A DNA stretch of 64,000 bases from an uncultured Actinomycetota bacterium (GTDB lineage: Bacteria > Actinomycetota > CALGFH01): the NCBI GenBank assembly GCA_963733175.1, contig CAVTCL010000025.1, positions 65,720-129,719 on the forward strand. Direction: 5' to 3'. The position numbers and the translations under genes are program-made. Positions 20,651 to 31,893 of the stretch are shown in pieces (position 1 is the stretch's first letter; every line of letters starts with the position of its first letter). Below the pieces are notes generated by a model. The model saw nothing but the letters and a program-made list of their open reading frames with translations, was not told the DNA's origin and searched no databases.

Positions 20651-23575
20651 TTACCGTGGGATCTCGACCATCTCGTAGGCCTCGATCTGATCGCCTTCCT
20701 TGACGTCCTGGAAGTTGTCCAGGCCGATGCCGCACTCGTAGCCGGCCGCGACCGTGCGGACGTCGTCCTTGAAGCGGCGCAGCGACCCGATCCGCCCGTC
20801 GTAGACGACCACGCCGTCGCGGACCAGGCGGGCCTTGGCCCCGCGGGCGACCTCGCCCGAGGTGACGTACGACCCGGCGACGACGCCGATCCGCGGCACC
20901 CGGAAGGTCTGCCTGACCTCGGCGGTGCCGAGGGCGCGCTCCTCGTACTCGGGGGCGAGCATGCCCTTGAGGGCCTTCTCGATGTCCTCCACCACCTGGT
21001 AGATGACCGAGTACAGGCGGATGTCGACGCCCTCGCGGTTGGCCAGCTCGCGCGCGGCCGGGGTCGGCCGCACCGAGAAGCCGATGATGATGGCCCCGGC
21101 CACGGCGGCCAGGCTGACGTCGTCCTCGGTGATGGCGCCGGCCGCCTTGTGGAGCACCCGCAGCCGGACCTCGGGGATCTCGATCCGCCCGAGGGCGTCG
21201 TCGATGGCCTCGACCGAGCCCATCACGTCGGCCTTGATGATCAGCGGCAGCTCCTGGAGCTGGCCCTCGCGGATCCTGGCGAACAGGTCCTCCAGGCGCG
21301 GGGCCCGGCTGGTCGCGATCGCCGCCTGGCGCTGGCGGGCCTCGCGGGTCTGGGAGATCCCGCGGGCGATGCGCTCGTCGGTGACCGCCCTGACCTCGTC
21401 GCCGGCGCTGGGCGGGGCCGAGAGGCCGATGACCACGACCGGCTGGGCCGGGACGGCGGCGGTGACCTCCTTGCCGTTCTCGTCGAACATGGCCCGGACC
21501 CGCCCGAAGGCGGTGCCGGCGGCCACCGCGTCCCCGACGTGCAGGGTGCCCCGGCGGACCAGGATGGTCGCCACCGGGCCGCGGCCCTTGTCCAGGTGGG
21601 CCTCGATGACCGAGCCCTGGGCGCGCCGGTCGGGGTTGGCCTTGAGGTTCAGCTCGACGTCGGCGACCAGCAGGATGGTCTCGACCAGGGTGTCGAGGTT
21701 CTGCTGGGTCTTGGCCGACACGTCGACGAACTGGGTCTTGCCGCCGTACTCCTCGGCCACCAGGTCGTACTCGGTCAGCTGCTGGCGGACCTTGGCCGGG
21801 TTGGCGTCCTCCTTGTCGACCTTGTTGACCGCCACCACGATCGGCACCCCGGCCGCCTTGGCGTGGTTGATCGCCTCCACGGTCTGGGGCATGACCCCGT
21901 CGTCGGCGGCGACCACCAGCACGGCGACGTCGGTGACGGCCGCGCCCCTGGCCCGCATGGCGGTGAACGCCTCGTGGCCCGGGGTGTCGATGAAGGTCAC
22001 CAGCCGGCCGTCGGCGCCCGCCCTGACCTGGTAGGCGCCGATGTGCTGGGTGATGCCGCCGGCCTCGCGGGCGACCACGTCGGTGTTGCGGATGGCGTCC
22101 AGCAGCTTGGTCTTGCCGTGGTCGACGTGGCCCATGACGGTCACGACCGGCGGGCGGGGACGGAGGTCCTCGTCCTTGTCGGCCTCGGTGTCCTCCCAGC
22201 CCTCGATCTCCTGGAGGGCGTCGGCCTCGCTGGGGTCGACGACCTCGATGCGGGCGCCGATCTCCTCGGCGAGCAGGGCGACCGCCTCGTCGGACATCGA
22301 CTGGGTGGCGGTCAGCATCTCGCCCATCTGCATGAGCACGCGGATCAGGTCGCCGGCGGGCTGGCCGAGCCGGTCGGCCAGGTCCTGCACGGTGACCCCG
22401 CGGGGCACCCGGACCAGGCCCTCGACCGACATGTCGGAGACGGCCTCGATGGTCGGGGCCCCCATGGCCTCGAACTCTTCCCGCCGACGCCCGCCGCGGC
22501 GCTTCTTGGGACGCCCGCGGCCGCCGAAGCGGCTGCCACCGGGACGGCCACCGAAGCCGGGGCGGCCACCGCCGCCGACCGGGCGACCGCCGCCGCCGGG
22601 ACGCCGCCGCCGCCACCGCCACCGGGACCGCCGGGACGACCGCCGACACCGGGACGGCCGGCGCCGCCGGGCGCACCCGGCCGGCTGCCGTAGCCTCCTG
22701 GGCGGCCGCCGCCACCGCCACCCGGGGCCGCCGGGGCGGCCCTGGCCGGGCTGGCCACCGCGCATGCCGGGCTGGCCGGGGCCGCCGGGGCGGCCCTGGC
22801 CCATGCCGGGCCGGCCGGCGCCGGGCGGGCCCTGGCGCTGGCCCATGCCGGGACGCCCGGCACCCGGAGGGGCCGGGCGGGCGCCCGGCGGCAGCGGGCG
22901 ACCGCCGGACCCGACCGGGCGGGCGCCTGGCGGGAGCGGCTTGCCGTCACGGCCGATCGGCCGCGCACCCGGAGGAAGCGGACGGACACCCGGAGGCAAC
23001 GGCCGCGCCCCGGGCGGAAGGGGACGGACCCCGGGGGGCAGCGGCTTGCCGTCACGGCCGATCGGCCGCGCACCCGGAGGAAGGGGACGGACACCCGGAG
23101 GCAACGGCCGCGCCCCGGGGGGAAGGGGACGGACCCCGGCGGGAGCGGCTTGCCGTCACGGCCGACGGGACGCGGCTGACCGGCCCCTGGCTGCCCAGGC
23201 GCGGCTGCCTGGCCGGGCTGGCCCGGACGCGGCCTGGCCGGCGCCCGGCTGGGCGGGCCGTGCCTGGCCGGCCCCGGACTGCCCAGGACCCGCCTGGCCG
23301 GCGCCGGACTGGCCGGCGCGTGCCTGGCCGGACGGTGCCGGCTGGGCGGCGCCCTTGGCGCGGCCCTGCGCGGGGCGTGCGTCACCCTGGTCCTGCCGGG
23401 CGGCCTTCGCCGGACGGCCGCCACCGGCCGACGCACGCAGCTTGTCGGCCACGTCCTGGGTCACCGTCGAAGAATGGCTCTTGGCCTCCACCCCCATGGA
23501 GGACAGCTTGGCGAGCAGGTCCTTGGACGGGACCCCAAGCTCTTTGGCGATCTCATACACCCGCGGGTTGCTCAA
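20651..23575 (-). CDS. infB: translation initiation factor IF-2, with several frame breaks in the Pro/Gly-rich N-terminal region
   Basis: IF2_N start ([24 protein letters not shown]) in the 139-aa ORF, and the GTPase core ([25 protein letters not shown]) in the 817-aa ORF. The PG-rich linker switches frame near 23,150-23,230 and about 22,560-22,700. Confidence 0.93.
22936..23169 (-). repeat. 105-nt tandem repeat (about 2.2 copies) with 21-nt sub-periodicity inside infB
   Basis: Copies at 22,936-23,040 and 23,041-23,145, plus a partial third. They encode repeated [35 protein letters not shown]. Confidence 0.85.
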
Positions 23576-23946
23576 CCAGATCTCACTTCCTCGTCATCGT
23601 TCGAGCGGGGCGCCGGCTGGCCGGCGCGACCGCTCAACATTCGGTTCCGCAGTGCCTCCACGGCGGCGTTGGCCGCCACCGTGTCGGTCACCTTCAGGGC
23701 TCGTTGGATGCTGCGCCGCCGCACCGCCGTGTCCAGGCAGGCGAGCTGCCCGCACAGATAGGCGCCACGGCCGGCCGCCTTGCCGGTCGGGTCGTAGGCG
23801 ACCGTCCCGTCAGGCGAACGCACGATCCGGTGGAGGGTACGCTTCGCAGCCGTCGAACGGCATACCACACACGTCCGCCGCGGCTCTGCCTTCCCTGCAA
23901 CGCCTGGTGACCGCCTGCGCATTCCCACCTCCTCCACCGTGTGCAC
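23572..23946 (-). CDS. YlxR/DUF448 family RNA-binding protein
   Basis: RRTCVVCR...GRGAYLC motif between nusA and infB. The true start may be the internal Met at 23,922. Confidence 0.85.
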   Translation of the reverse strand: MHTVEEVGMRRRSPGVAGKAEPRRTCVVCRSTAAKRTLHRIVRSPDGTVAYDPTGKAAGRGAYLCGQLACLDTAVRRRSIQRALKVTDTVAANAAVEALRNRMLSGRAGQPAPRSNDDEEVRSG

Positions 23947-23966
23947 CGTGCCCGCCTCCTGGTCCG

Positions 23967-24959
23967 TCAGCGCCTCGGGCCCTGGCTCGCCTGCTCGGCG
24001 GCCTGGCTCTCGCTCACGATGTCGATCCGCCAGCCGGTCAGCCTCGCCGCCAACCGGGCATTCTGACCCTCTTTGCCGATGGCCAGCGAAAGCTGGTAGT
24101 CGGGGACGACCACGTGCGCGGTCCGCTCCGGCTCGTCGATCTGCACGCTCTTGACCTTGGCCGGCGAGAGGGCCTCGGCCACGAACTGGGCCGGGTCCTC
24201 CGACCAGGACACGATGTCGATCTTCTCACCGCGCAGCTCGTTGACCACCATGCGCACCCGCGACCCGCGGGCGCCGACGCAGGCGCCCTTGGGGTCGACC
24301 CCGGGCTCGTGGCTGCGGACGGCGATCTTGGTCCGGTGGCCGGGCTCGCGGGCCACGTTGGTGATCTCGACGATGCCCTCGGCGATCTCGGGCACCTCCA
24401 GCTCGAACAGGCGCTTGATCAGGTTGGGGTGGGTCCGCGACACCACCACCCGCAGGCCCCTGGCCGAGCGGACGACGTCGGTCACGTAGACCTTCAGCCG
24501 GTCGTTGTGCTGGTAGTGCTCGCTCGGCACCTGCTCGGAGTGGGGCAGGTCGGCCTCGATCTTGCCCAGGTCGACCGAGATGTGGCGCTGGTCGCGCTGC
24601 TGCACGATGCCGGTGACGATGTCGCCGACCCGGCCCTCGTACTCGCCGAAGGTCACGTCGCGCTCGGCCTCGCGGAGGCGCTGCATGATCACCTGCTTGG
24701 CGGTGACCGCGGCGATCCGGCCGAAGTCGTTGGGCGTGTCCTCCCACTCCCGGATGACCTGCTCCTCGTCGTCCAGCTCCTGGGCGAACACGGTCACGTC
24801 GCCGCTGTCGCGGTCGACCACCACCCGCGCCCCCTCGGGCGCGTTGGGCTGGCGCTTGTAGGCGGCGGCGAGGGCGCTCTCGAGCGCGCTGATGACCGTC
24901 TCGAGCGCGATGCCCTTCTCGCGCTCGAGGAAGCGCAGCTCATCGATCGGGATCTTCAC
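23967..24959 (-). CDS. nusA: transcription termination/antitermination factor NusA
   Basis: 330 aa with N-terminal, S1 and two KH regions (GIVTGIVQQ..., ARGSRVRMVVNELRGEKIDIV, AIGKEGQNARLAARLTGWRIDI). Confidence 0.96.
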   Translation of the reverse strand: MKIPIDELRFLEREKGIALETVISALESALAAAYKRQPNAPEGARVVVDRDSGDVTVFAQELDDEEQVIREWEDTPNDFGRIAAVTAKQVIMQRLREAERDVTFGEYEGRVGDIVTGIVQQRDQRHISVDLGKIEADLPHSEQVPSEHYQHNDRLKVYVTDVVRSARGLRVVVSRTHPNLIKRLFELEVPEIAEGIVEITNVAREPGHRTKIAVRSHEPGVDPKGACVGARGSRVRMVVNELRGEKIDIVSWSEDPAQFVAEALSPAKVKSVQIDEPERTAHVVVPDYQLSLAIGKEGQNARLAARLTGWRIDIVSESQAAEQASQGPRR

Positions 24960-25008
24960 GTCGCCGTCCTCTCGTTGCGGGTGGACCTGGGTCGGGGTCG
25001 GTTGCGCG

Positions 25009-25467
25009 TCACCACGGCAACACCACCGTTCCCCTGACCACCTCGGACAGCGGCACCCGGACCTGCTCCCCGCCGACCTCCAGGACGACCGCCTCGTCGT
25101 CGGCGTCGACGACCACCCCCTGGATCGAGGAGTCGTCAGGCGTCCCAGCGCGGAGGATGGTGACCTCGTGGCCGCGCTGGCGGCGGAAGTCCCGGGAGGT
25201 CTGCAGCGGACGCGAGAGCCCGGGCGTGCTCACCTCGAGGGTGTAGCGGCCGGCCACCGGATCGGCCTGGTCGAGCTCGCGCGACAGGTCCTTGGAGACC
25301 AGCTCGACGACGTCGGCCTCGACCGGCTCCTCGGCGTCGAGGATCACGCTCAGCACCCGGCCGCGACCCTGGCCACGGAGGGTCAGCTCCAGCACCTCGA
25401 CCCCGTGGCCGGCCGCCACCCGATCGGCCAGCTCTTGGACATGCGAAGGAAGCGCCGTCACGCTCAC
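25009..25467 (-). CDS. rimP: ribosome maturation factor RimP
   Basis: 152 aa with YTLEVSTPGLSRPL motif, directly upstream of nusA. Confidence 0.9.
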   Translation of the reverse strand: MSVTALPSHVQELADRVAAGHGVEVLELTLRGQGRGRVLSVILDAEEPVEADVVELVSKDLSRELDQADPVAGRYTLEVSTPGLSRPLQTSRDFRRQRGHEVTILRAGTPDDSSIQGVVVDADDEAVVLEVGGEQVRVPLSEVVRGTVVLPW

Positions 25468-25550
25468 CGACCTCCCTCACCTGTCGCGCGTTGCTGCTCG
25501 CCCTCTCGGTAGCGGCACCATTCCAACTCGTCGCCGCGCCGCCGGCCCCT

Positions 25551-25582
25551 GACAACACAGAAGTGGGCGCAATGCCCACTTC
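25551..25582 (-). terminator. candidate intrinsic terminator downstream of eccC
   Basis: Perfect 9-bp stem gaagtgggc/gcccacttc with a 5-nt loop (25,560-25,582), followed on the minus strand by a U-rich ctgtgttgtc. Confidence 0.45.
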
Positions 25583-25696
25583 GCTCCTCACCGGTGCCTG
25601 ACCTGGGAACAGGCCGGACGGCCATACGTCAACAGGCTGCAAGATAGCACTCGCCACGCCAACCAGCAACCCATATCACCGCCCTGGCCTGCGCAT

Positions 25697-28600
25697 TTAC
25701 CCCTCCCCCACCCATGCATCCCCCTCGGGCCGGCCCGCCTCGACAGGCGGTGGAGGGCTGTAGGCGACCTGGACGAGAGCGGGCGGCCGGCGCGGCCGGA
25801 CCAGGAATCCCCGACCTGGAGGAAGCGGGCGCCGCCCTCTGGTTCCCGAGCAGCGGCCCCTCACCGGGGTCGCCACCCATGACGAGCCCCGACCCACCGA
25901 GCTCCCGGAGCCGCTGGAAGACCGGTTCGAACGCCGCCCGCGCCGCCCCGGCGACCCGACGGGTCAGCACGAGATGGAACCCCAGCTCCCGACCCAGGCC
26001 GAGCAGGTCCAGCAACGGCAGCAGCGGACTCCCGGCCGCCGCCGGCAGCAGGTCGTAGTCGTCCACCAGCACCACCCACCGCGGCCGGGCCCGGACCGGT
26101 GCTCCGACCAGCCCTGTTGGCGAGTCGGCGTCCCGGGTCCGAGCGCCGGCGGTGCGGACGGGCTCCAGGTCCGTTCGGTGGGCCGGGTGGGAGGCCGGAG
26201 TCGGCTGGGGTGCGTTCGGTGAGCTCGCGGTGCAGGTGGTCGACCGCCTGGGCGACGGTCGCCGGGGTGCAGGCGTAGCCGGCCAGGTTCGGCAGCGACG
26301 TCAGGTCGAGCAGGCCGCGGCGCAGGTCGATGACCAGCAGGGCGACCTCCTCGGGTGGGTACAGGGCGGCAAGTCCCTTGGCGATGAGCCGCAGCAGGCT
26401 GGACTTGCCGCATCCGCCGTCCCCAAGGACCAGCAGATGCGGCGCCCCCTCGAACAGGTCGAGCCAGACCGTGTCCAGCCGATGCTCCTCGACCCCCAAC
26501 GGCAGGCCCGCAGGCACTCCGGACCCGGACGGCCGGCGGGTCCGGAGAGAGGACCTGCGGCGGCTTGATCGACGGCGGAGAGCTCCGCCTCCCGCACCAG
26601 CGGTGGGCAGCAGGCGTAACGGCGGGGCGGCCGCGCCGTTCCGGCCGGGCATGGCGCGTTCCAGGACGGCGCTTGCCGGACCGGGCAGGGCGACCTGGAA
26701 CTGGAGACCGGCCTGGGTCAGGCCGCGGCCCGGCAGCTCGGGCAGGCCCGCGGCCGCCGAGCGGCCGAGCTCGGACTCCAGGGGATCGTTCAGGCGCAGC
26801 TCGAGGCGCCCGCCGAGGTTCTCGCGGAGGCCGGGGCGCAGCTCGGCCCAGCGGTTGGCGGCCAGGACGAGGTGGACGCCGTAGTGCAGGCCGATGGCGG
26901 CGAGCTCGGTGATCTCCGCCTCCAGCTCGGGCAGCTCACGGACGAACGCGCCCCAGTTGTCGATCAGCAGGAAGACCTCGCCGTAGCCGCCGAGGTCGAG
27001 CCCGCCACGGCGTAGATCGTGCCAGGCGGCCATCGAGTCGACGCCCAGGTCGCGGAAGCGCCGTTCGCGCTCGAAGACCAGGGTGCGGAGCTCGCGCACG
27101 AGGTGGCGGACCCGTTCGGCCTCACGGGGACCGCACACGGCCCCGACGTGCGGCAGCTCGCCCAGTCGATGGAGGAACCCGCCGCCAAGGTCCACGGCGT
27201 ACGCCTGTACCTCGTCGGGCGGGTGGGTGGCGGCCAGCGCGGCCACGATCGTGCAGAGCAGCGTGCTCTTGCCGGTCCTCGGCGCCCCCACCACCGCCAG
27301 GTGACCCGCGCTCCCGGACAGGTCCAGCATCAGCGGCTCCTGGACCTGTTCGAGCGGCCGGTCGACCACACCGACCGGCACCCGGAGCCATCCGGGCGCC
27401 GCGGTCCGGAGCAGCGGGTCCAGCTCGATGGCTCCGGCGAGGGGCGGGAGCCAGACCTGGTGGGCCCGAGGGCCGGCTCGCACCAGACGGTCCACAAGGA
27501 CCTCGAGGTCGGTCCGGAAGCCGCTATGGCCGGGCGCCGGGGCCGGCAGCGCCTGCGGCGGGTTGGGCCGGTCGGTGGAGATGAGGGCGGCGGTGAAGGG
27601 GACGGGCGGGGACGCGTCGAGCTTGATCAGGGCGGTGCCGGGGGCCGGGGGGAGGTGGTGGGCGTCGGGGACGCCGAGGACCGCGGTGGACTCGGCGGCG
27701 CTGAAGGTGCGGAGGCAGATCCGGAACCGGAGGTGGCTGTCGAGGCCGCGCAGGCGGCCTTCGTCGAGGCGCTGGGAGGCGAGCAGGAGATGCATGCCCA
27801 GGCTGCGACCGACCCGGCCGATGGCGGTGAAGATGTCCAGGAACTCGGGCCGGACGGCCAGCAGCTCGCCGAACTCGTCGACGACGATGAGCAGGTAGGG
27901 CAGCGGTTCGAGTCGCGGGTCGGTCGCCCGGCGTGCGGTGTAGGCGCGCAGGTCGGGCTGGTTGCCGGCCAGGTGCAGGAGCCGCTGGCGCCTGGCCAGC
28001 TCGCCCTGGAGGGCGGCCATGGCGCGGTCGACCATCGAGAGGTCGGATTGCAGGTTGGTGATGAGCCCCGCCACCTGCGGGAGCGGGGCGAGGGGGGCGA
28101 AGGCGGCGCCGCCCTTGAAGTCGACCAGCACGAAGGCGAGCTGTTCGGGTGGGTGGGTCGCGGCCAGGCCCGCGACGATCGTTCGCAACAGCTCGCTCTT
28201 GCCCGAACCCGTGGCACCGACGACCAGGCCATGTGGGCCGATACCGCCCTCGGCCGCCTCCTTGAGGTCCAGGACGAGCGGCTCCCCGGCCAGGCCGACG
28301 CCGACCGGCACGTTGAGGAGCTCTCCCCGCGGACGCAATGGCAGCTCGTCGCCATGGGGACCGACCGCGCCATCGGGGCTGGCCTGGGAGGCCAGCAGGT
28401 CGAGGAGACGAATGGGCCCGGTTCGCGAAGCCATTGGCGGCGGGCGGTCGAGCCGGAGGGGCGCCAGGCGCCGGGCGATGGTCTCGCAGGTGGCGATGCT
28501 TGCCGAGTCGGCGCGGATGCCGGTCACCTGGCGACCGCTGGGAACGGTCTCCAGGAGCGTCGCGAACCCCTGGTCGTCGACGCGGATGCGCATCGACAGC

Positions 28601-29757
28601 TCGGACGGCTCGTCGGCGGTGGTCGCGGCCAACCAGACGACGGTCACACCGGCCGCGCGACACCGGCCACGGCGATACCGGCGCCGCGACGCCACCCGCC
28701 GCGGCACGCTCGAGCCATTCCTCGACCCTGGTAGTCGCGAACGGCCCGTCCGGGTCGTGCGGTGCTGTCCAGACCTCGCGGGGGGTCGGCGACCGGACCC
28801 GCTTCGGTCGTGTCGAGGATCGCCAGCAGGTGCGGGCGGGCGCCGGGGCGGGCCTGGGTGTCGGCGAGCAGGGAGGCGGGTGGCTGGCCAAGGGCGGCCG
28901 TGGGGTCGCGAGCGGTTGGGTCGCGGGTGTGCGGGAGCCATCGCATCCAGTCCCAGGTCGGGCGGGCGGAGGGTGGATGGGCGGCGAGGATCTGGAGGTC
29001 GTCGGGAGCGTGGAAGGCGGCGAGCTGGCAGACCAGGGAGCGGGCGAGGGCGCGTGTCCTGGCCGGTGGGCCGGTGAGGGACAGGATGGGGAGCTGGCGG
29101 AGGGGAATGGTCACCGGGGCGTCGGGGAGCCAGCCTGCTCGGCGGACGAGGTCCTTCGCCGCCTGCGAGGAGGTCGGGGTCGTACTCGGCGAGTGGGCCA
29201 CCGGCGGTGTCGAGCCGGGCCGGGGTGGCGAGGGGGACGGGGCCGCGGCCGACCCGCACCGTGAGGAAGTCGGCGTCGCCGGGGCGGCGTTCCCAGAGCC
29301 GGTTGGTCTGGTCGATCGTCGCCCAGAGCGTCGGCAGGTCGGGGTGGAGGTGCTCGGCGACGGCGAGCTGGGCGGCGGCCAGCTGGTTGACCTGGATGGC
29401 GACCTGCTCGAGGTGGGCGAGGTAGCGGGACCGTTCGCGGCGCCTGGCTCGGCGGGCGGAGCGGCGCTCGACCAGGCGGAGCGCGAGACCCGCCACGACC
29501 GAGGCGACGGCGGCCCCGGCCACCAGGGCGATCAGCCAGGCCGGCCGGGGGCCGGGGATGGCGAACAGGAACGCGACCGACCCACCGCTGCCGACCAGCG
29601 GCACCAGGTACTGCAGCCAGCCGGCGAGGCTGGAGGCGGTCCAGCCGATCGTCGGCGGGGCCGCCACCGTCAGCTCGATCGCCGGCAGCGGGCGCGGGTA
29701 TGCCCGCACCGGCCGATGCACCAGGAACCCGGTGGCAGGGGTTGTCGAGGTCGCCAT
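25697..29757 (-). CDS. eccC: EccC-type FtsK/SpoIIIE triple-ATPase (type VII secretion family), frame broken at least 5-6 times
   Basis: Two N-terminal TM helices and three P-loops (GATGSGKSELL, GAPRTGKSTLL, GDGGCGKSSLL). Pieces lie in the 1298-aa ORF plus ORFs 28,644-29,201, 25,629-26,075 and 25,697-25,897. Confidence 0.8.
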
Positions 29758-29834
29758 GACCGCACGCTACGACCCCGCAACGGCCGCCGGAGCGGTCCAG
29801 GCAAAGTTGTGGATAACCTCGCGGAGCTCCCCGC

Positions 29835-30737
29835 TCAGGGGAGCATGATCGTCTGGAAGTCGTACGGCTCCCGGTGGAACCCGATGCGCTCGTACAGGGC
29901 GACCGCCGGGGTGTTGAAGTCGTTGACGTACAGCGACAGGTTGGGGTGGCGGTCGAGGGCGAGGTCGCAGCAGGCGGCCATGGCGGTGGTGCCGACGCCG
30001 CGGCCGCGGAGCTCGGGGGGGACGTAGACGCCCTGGATCTGGGCGGTGTGGTGGCTGGCGCAGCCGACGTCCATCTTGAACTGGAGCTGGCCGGCGTGCT
30101 CGTAGACGTAGGTCCAGCCGCGGGAGATGAGCATGCGGACCCGGCGGCGGTAGCCGTCGGGGTCGCGGGCCATGGGGTTCTCGCCCATCTCCTCGGTGTA
30201 CATGGCGGCCGACAGCCGCAGGACCCGGTCCTCGTCGGAACGCTCGGCCAGGCGGGCGATGCCGCGGCCGCGGGCGTGCCGGTCGTGGACCAGCAGGTCG
30301 GGCTCGACGGCGTAGACGAACTGGCGGCGGCGGACCTCGCGGGGGGCCGGGTAGCTGGGGCCGATGAGGGACCACAGCAGCTCGACCGTGACCCGCTCGC
30401 CGACCACCATGCGGGTCGGGTAGAGGCCGCCGGCGGCGGCGGCCAGGGCTTCGCAGGCGGCCTGGTCGTCGGTCGCGGGGACCAGGTTGGGGCCGACGTG
30501 GAGCATGCCCCGAAGCTGGCCGTCCTCGAAGGCGCCCCAGAGGGGGCTGGGGCCGAAGGTGGTCAGGGCGCCGTCGTGGAGGATGCGGCTGGCGATGAAC
30601 ACGTCCCTGACCGGGTTGCGGTCCAGCGCCTCGAGGGCGATCGCCTCGTCCTCGCGGCCGATGGGGCGCACCTGGAACCGGGACGGTCGCGCCGCCTGCC
30701 CAGCCCGGTCGTCACCGCCGGTCCACGACCGGAGCAC
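29835..30737 (-). CDS. GNAT family N-acetyltransferase (DUF4081+GNAT type)
   Basis: 300 aa with a C-terminal GNAT core (IQGVYVPPELRGRGVGTTAM). Sits in the conserved position upstream of ispG, as in mycobacteria. Confidence 0.75.
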   Translation of the reverse strand: MLRSWTGGDDRAGQAARPSRFQVRPIGREDEAIALEALDRNPVRDVFIASRILHDGALTTFGPSPLWGAFEDGQLRGMLHVGPNLVPATDDQAACEALAAAAGGLYPTRMVVGERVTVELLWSLIGPSYPAPREVRRRQFVYAVEPDLLVHDRHARGRGIARLAERSDEDRVLRLSAAMYTEEMGENPMARDPDGYRRRVRMLISRGWTYVYEHAGQLQFKMDVGCASHHTAQIQGVYVPPELRGRGVGTTAMAACCDLALDRHPNLSLYVNDFNTPAVALYERIGFHREPYDFQTIMLP

Positions 30738-30738
30738 C

Positions 30739-31884
30739 TCAGCTCCGGATGACCTCGGGGACGCCCGGCCCGCCGCCGGACAGCCGGTACTCCTCGGCCA
30801 GGAGCTTGGCCTCGTGCATCAGGGCGTCGACGATCTCGGCCTCGGGGACGGTGCGGATCACCTGGCCGTGGCGGAAGATCTGGCCCTTGCCCTTGCCGGA
30901 GGCCACGCCGACGTCGGCCTCGCGGGCCTCCCCGGGGCCGTTGACGATGCAGCCCATGACCGCGACCCGCATCGGCGCCTCGATCTCGGCCATGCGCTCC
31001 TCGACGGCGTTGGCCAGCGCGAACACGTCGACCTCGGCCCTGCCGCAGGAGGGGCAGGCGACCAGGTCGAGCTTCTTGGGCCGCAGGCCGAGGGCGCCGA
31101 GGATGGCGTTGCCGGCCTTGACCTCCTCGATCGGCGGGGCGGTCAGCGACACCCGGATGGTGTCGCCGATGCCCTGGGCGAGCAGGGCGCCGATGCCGAC
31201 CGCGGACTTGATGATGCCGTCCTTGGGGGTGCCGGCCTCGGTCACGCCCAGGTGCAGCGGGTAGTCGACACGGGTGGCGAGCAGGCGGTAGGCGGCGATC
31301 ATCGACACCGGGTTCTGGTGCTTGACCGAGATCTTGATGTCGCCGAAGCCGACCTCCTCGAGGATGCCGACCTCGAACAGGGCCGACTCGACCAGCGCCT
31401 CGGGGGTGGGGCCGCCGTGCTTGGCCAGGATCTCCTTCTGGAGGGAGCCGGCGTTGACCCCGACCCGGATGGGGATGCCGCGGGCCTGCGCCTCCTGGGC
31501 GATCAGCTTCACCTTGTCGTGCTTCTTGATGTTGCCGGGGTTGATGCGGACCCCGGCGCAGCCGGCCTCGATGGCGGCCATGGCGTACTTCCACTGGAAG
31601 TGGATGTCGGCCACCACCGGGATGGTCGACTTGGCCGCGATCGCGGGCAGGGCGGCGGCGTCGTCGGTGTCGGGCACCGCCACCCGCACGATGTCGCAGC
31701 CGGTGGCGGCGAGCTCGGCGATCTGCTGGAGGGTGCCGTTGATGTCGGCGGTCTTGGTGATGGTCATCGACTGGACGCTGACGGGGGCGCCGTCGCCGAC
31801 CGCGACCTTGCCGACGTTGATCCGGCGTGAGCGCCGCCGACCGACGCCTGCCGCCAGGTCGGTCAACTCGAGCGGGAAGGCCAC
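30739..31884 (-). CDS. ispG: 4-hydroxy-3-methylbut-2-en-1-yl diphosphate synthase
   Basis: 381 aa with VAVPD...VVADIHF...RINPGN...CPSCGR motifs. Confidence 0.95.
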   Translation of the reverse strand: MAFPLELTDLAAGVGRRRSRRINVGKVAVGDGAPVSVQSMTITKTADINGTLQQIAELAATGCDIVRVAVPDTDDAAALPAIAAKSTIPVVADIHFQWKYAMAAIEAGCAGVRINPGNIKKHDKVKLIAQEAQARGIPIRVGVNAGSLQKEILAKHGGPTPEALVESALFEVGILEEVGFGDIKISVKHQNPVSMIAAYRLLATRVDYPLHLGVTEAGTPKDGIIKSAVGIGALLAQGIGDTIRVSLTAPPIEEVKAGNAILGALGLRPKKLDLVACPSCGRAEVDVFALANAVEERMAEIEAPMRVAVMGCIVNGPGEAREADVGVASGKGKGQIFRHGQVIRTVPEAEIVDALMHEAKLLAEEYRLSGGGPGVPEVIRS

Positions 31885-31893
31885 CAGGGCTCC

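Noticed and set aside
22560-23230. Possible CRISPR array or non-coding satellite in the regular GC-rich repeats. The same was considered for 38,480-39,000 and 51,921-52,060.
   Set aside because: There is no repeat-spacer architecture. The periods are multiples of 3, the repeats lie inside IF-2 and S2 coding sequence or a short cargo tract, and no cas genes are present.
20651-23575. Calling infB, pyrH, ribF and rpsB true pseudogenes because of their frame breaks.
   Set aside because: These are essential single-copy genes embedded in intact operons. The breaks cluster in homopolymers or repeats, so sequencing or assembly indels are the simpler explanation.
17295-25037. Very long ORFs 17,295-19,973(-), 17,597-19,912(+), 20,313-22,721(-), 20,468-22,693(+) and 22,041-25,037(+).
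   Set aside because: These are shadow frames of ribF/truB/nrnA, infB and nusA. They have no recognisable motifs and a composition-driven RPGA bias.
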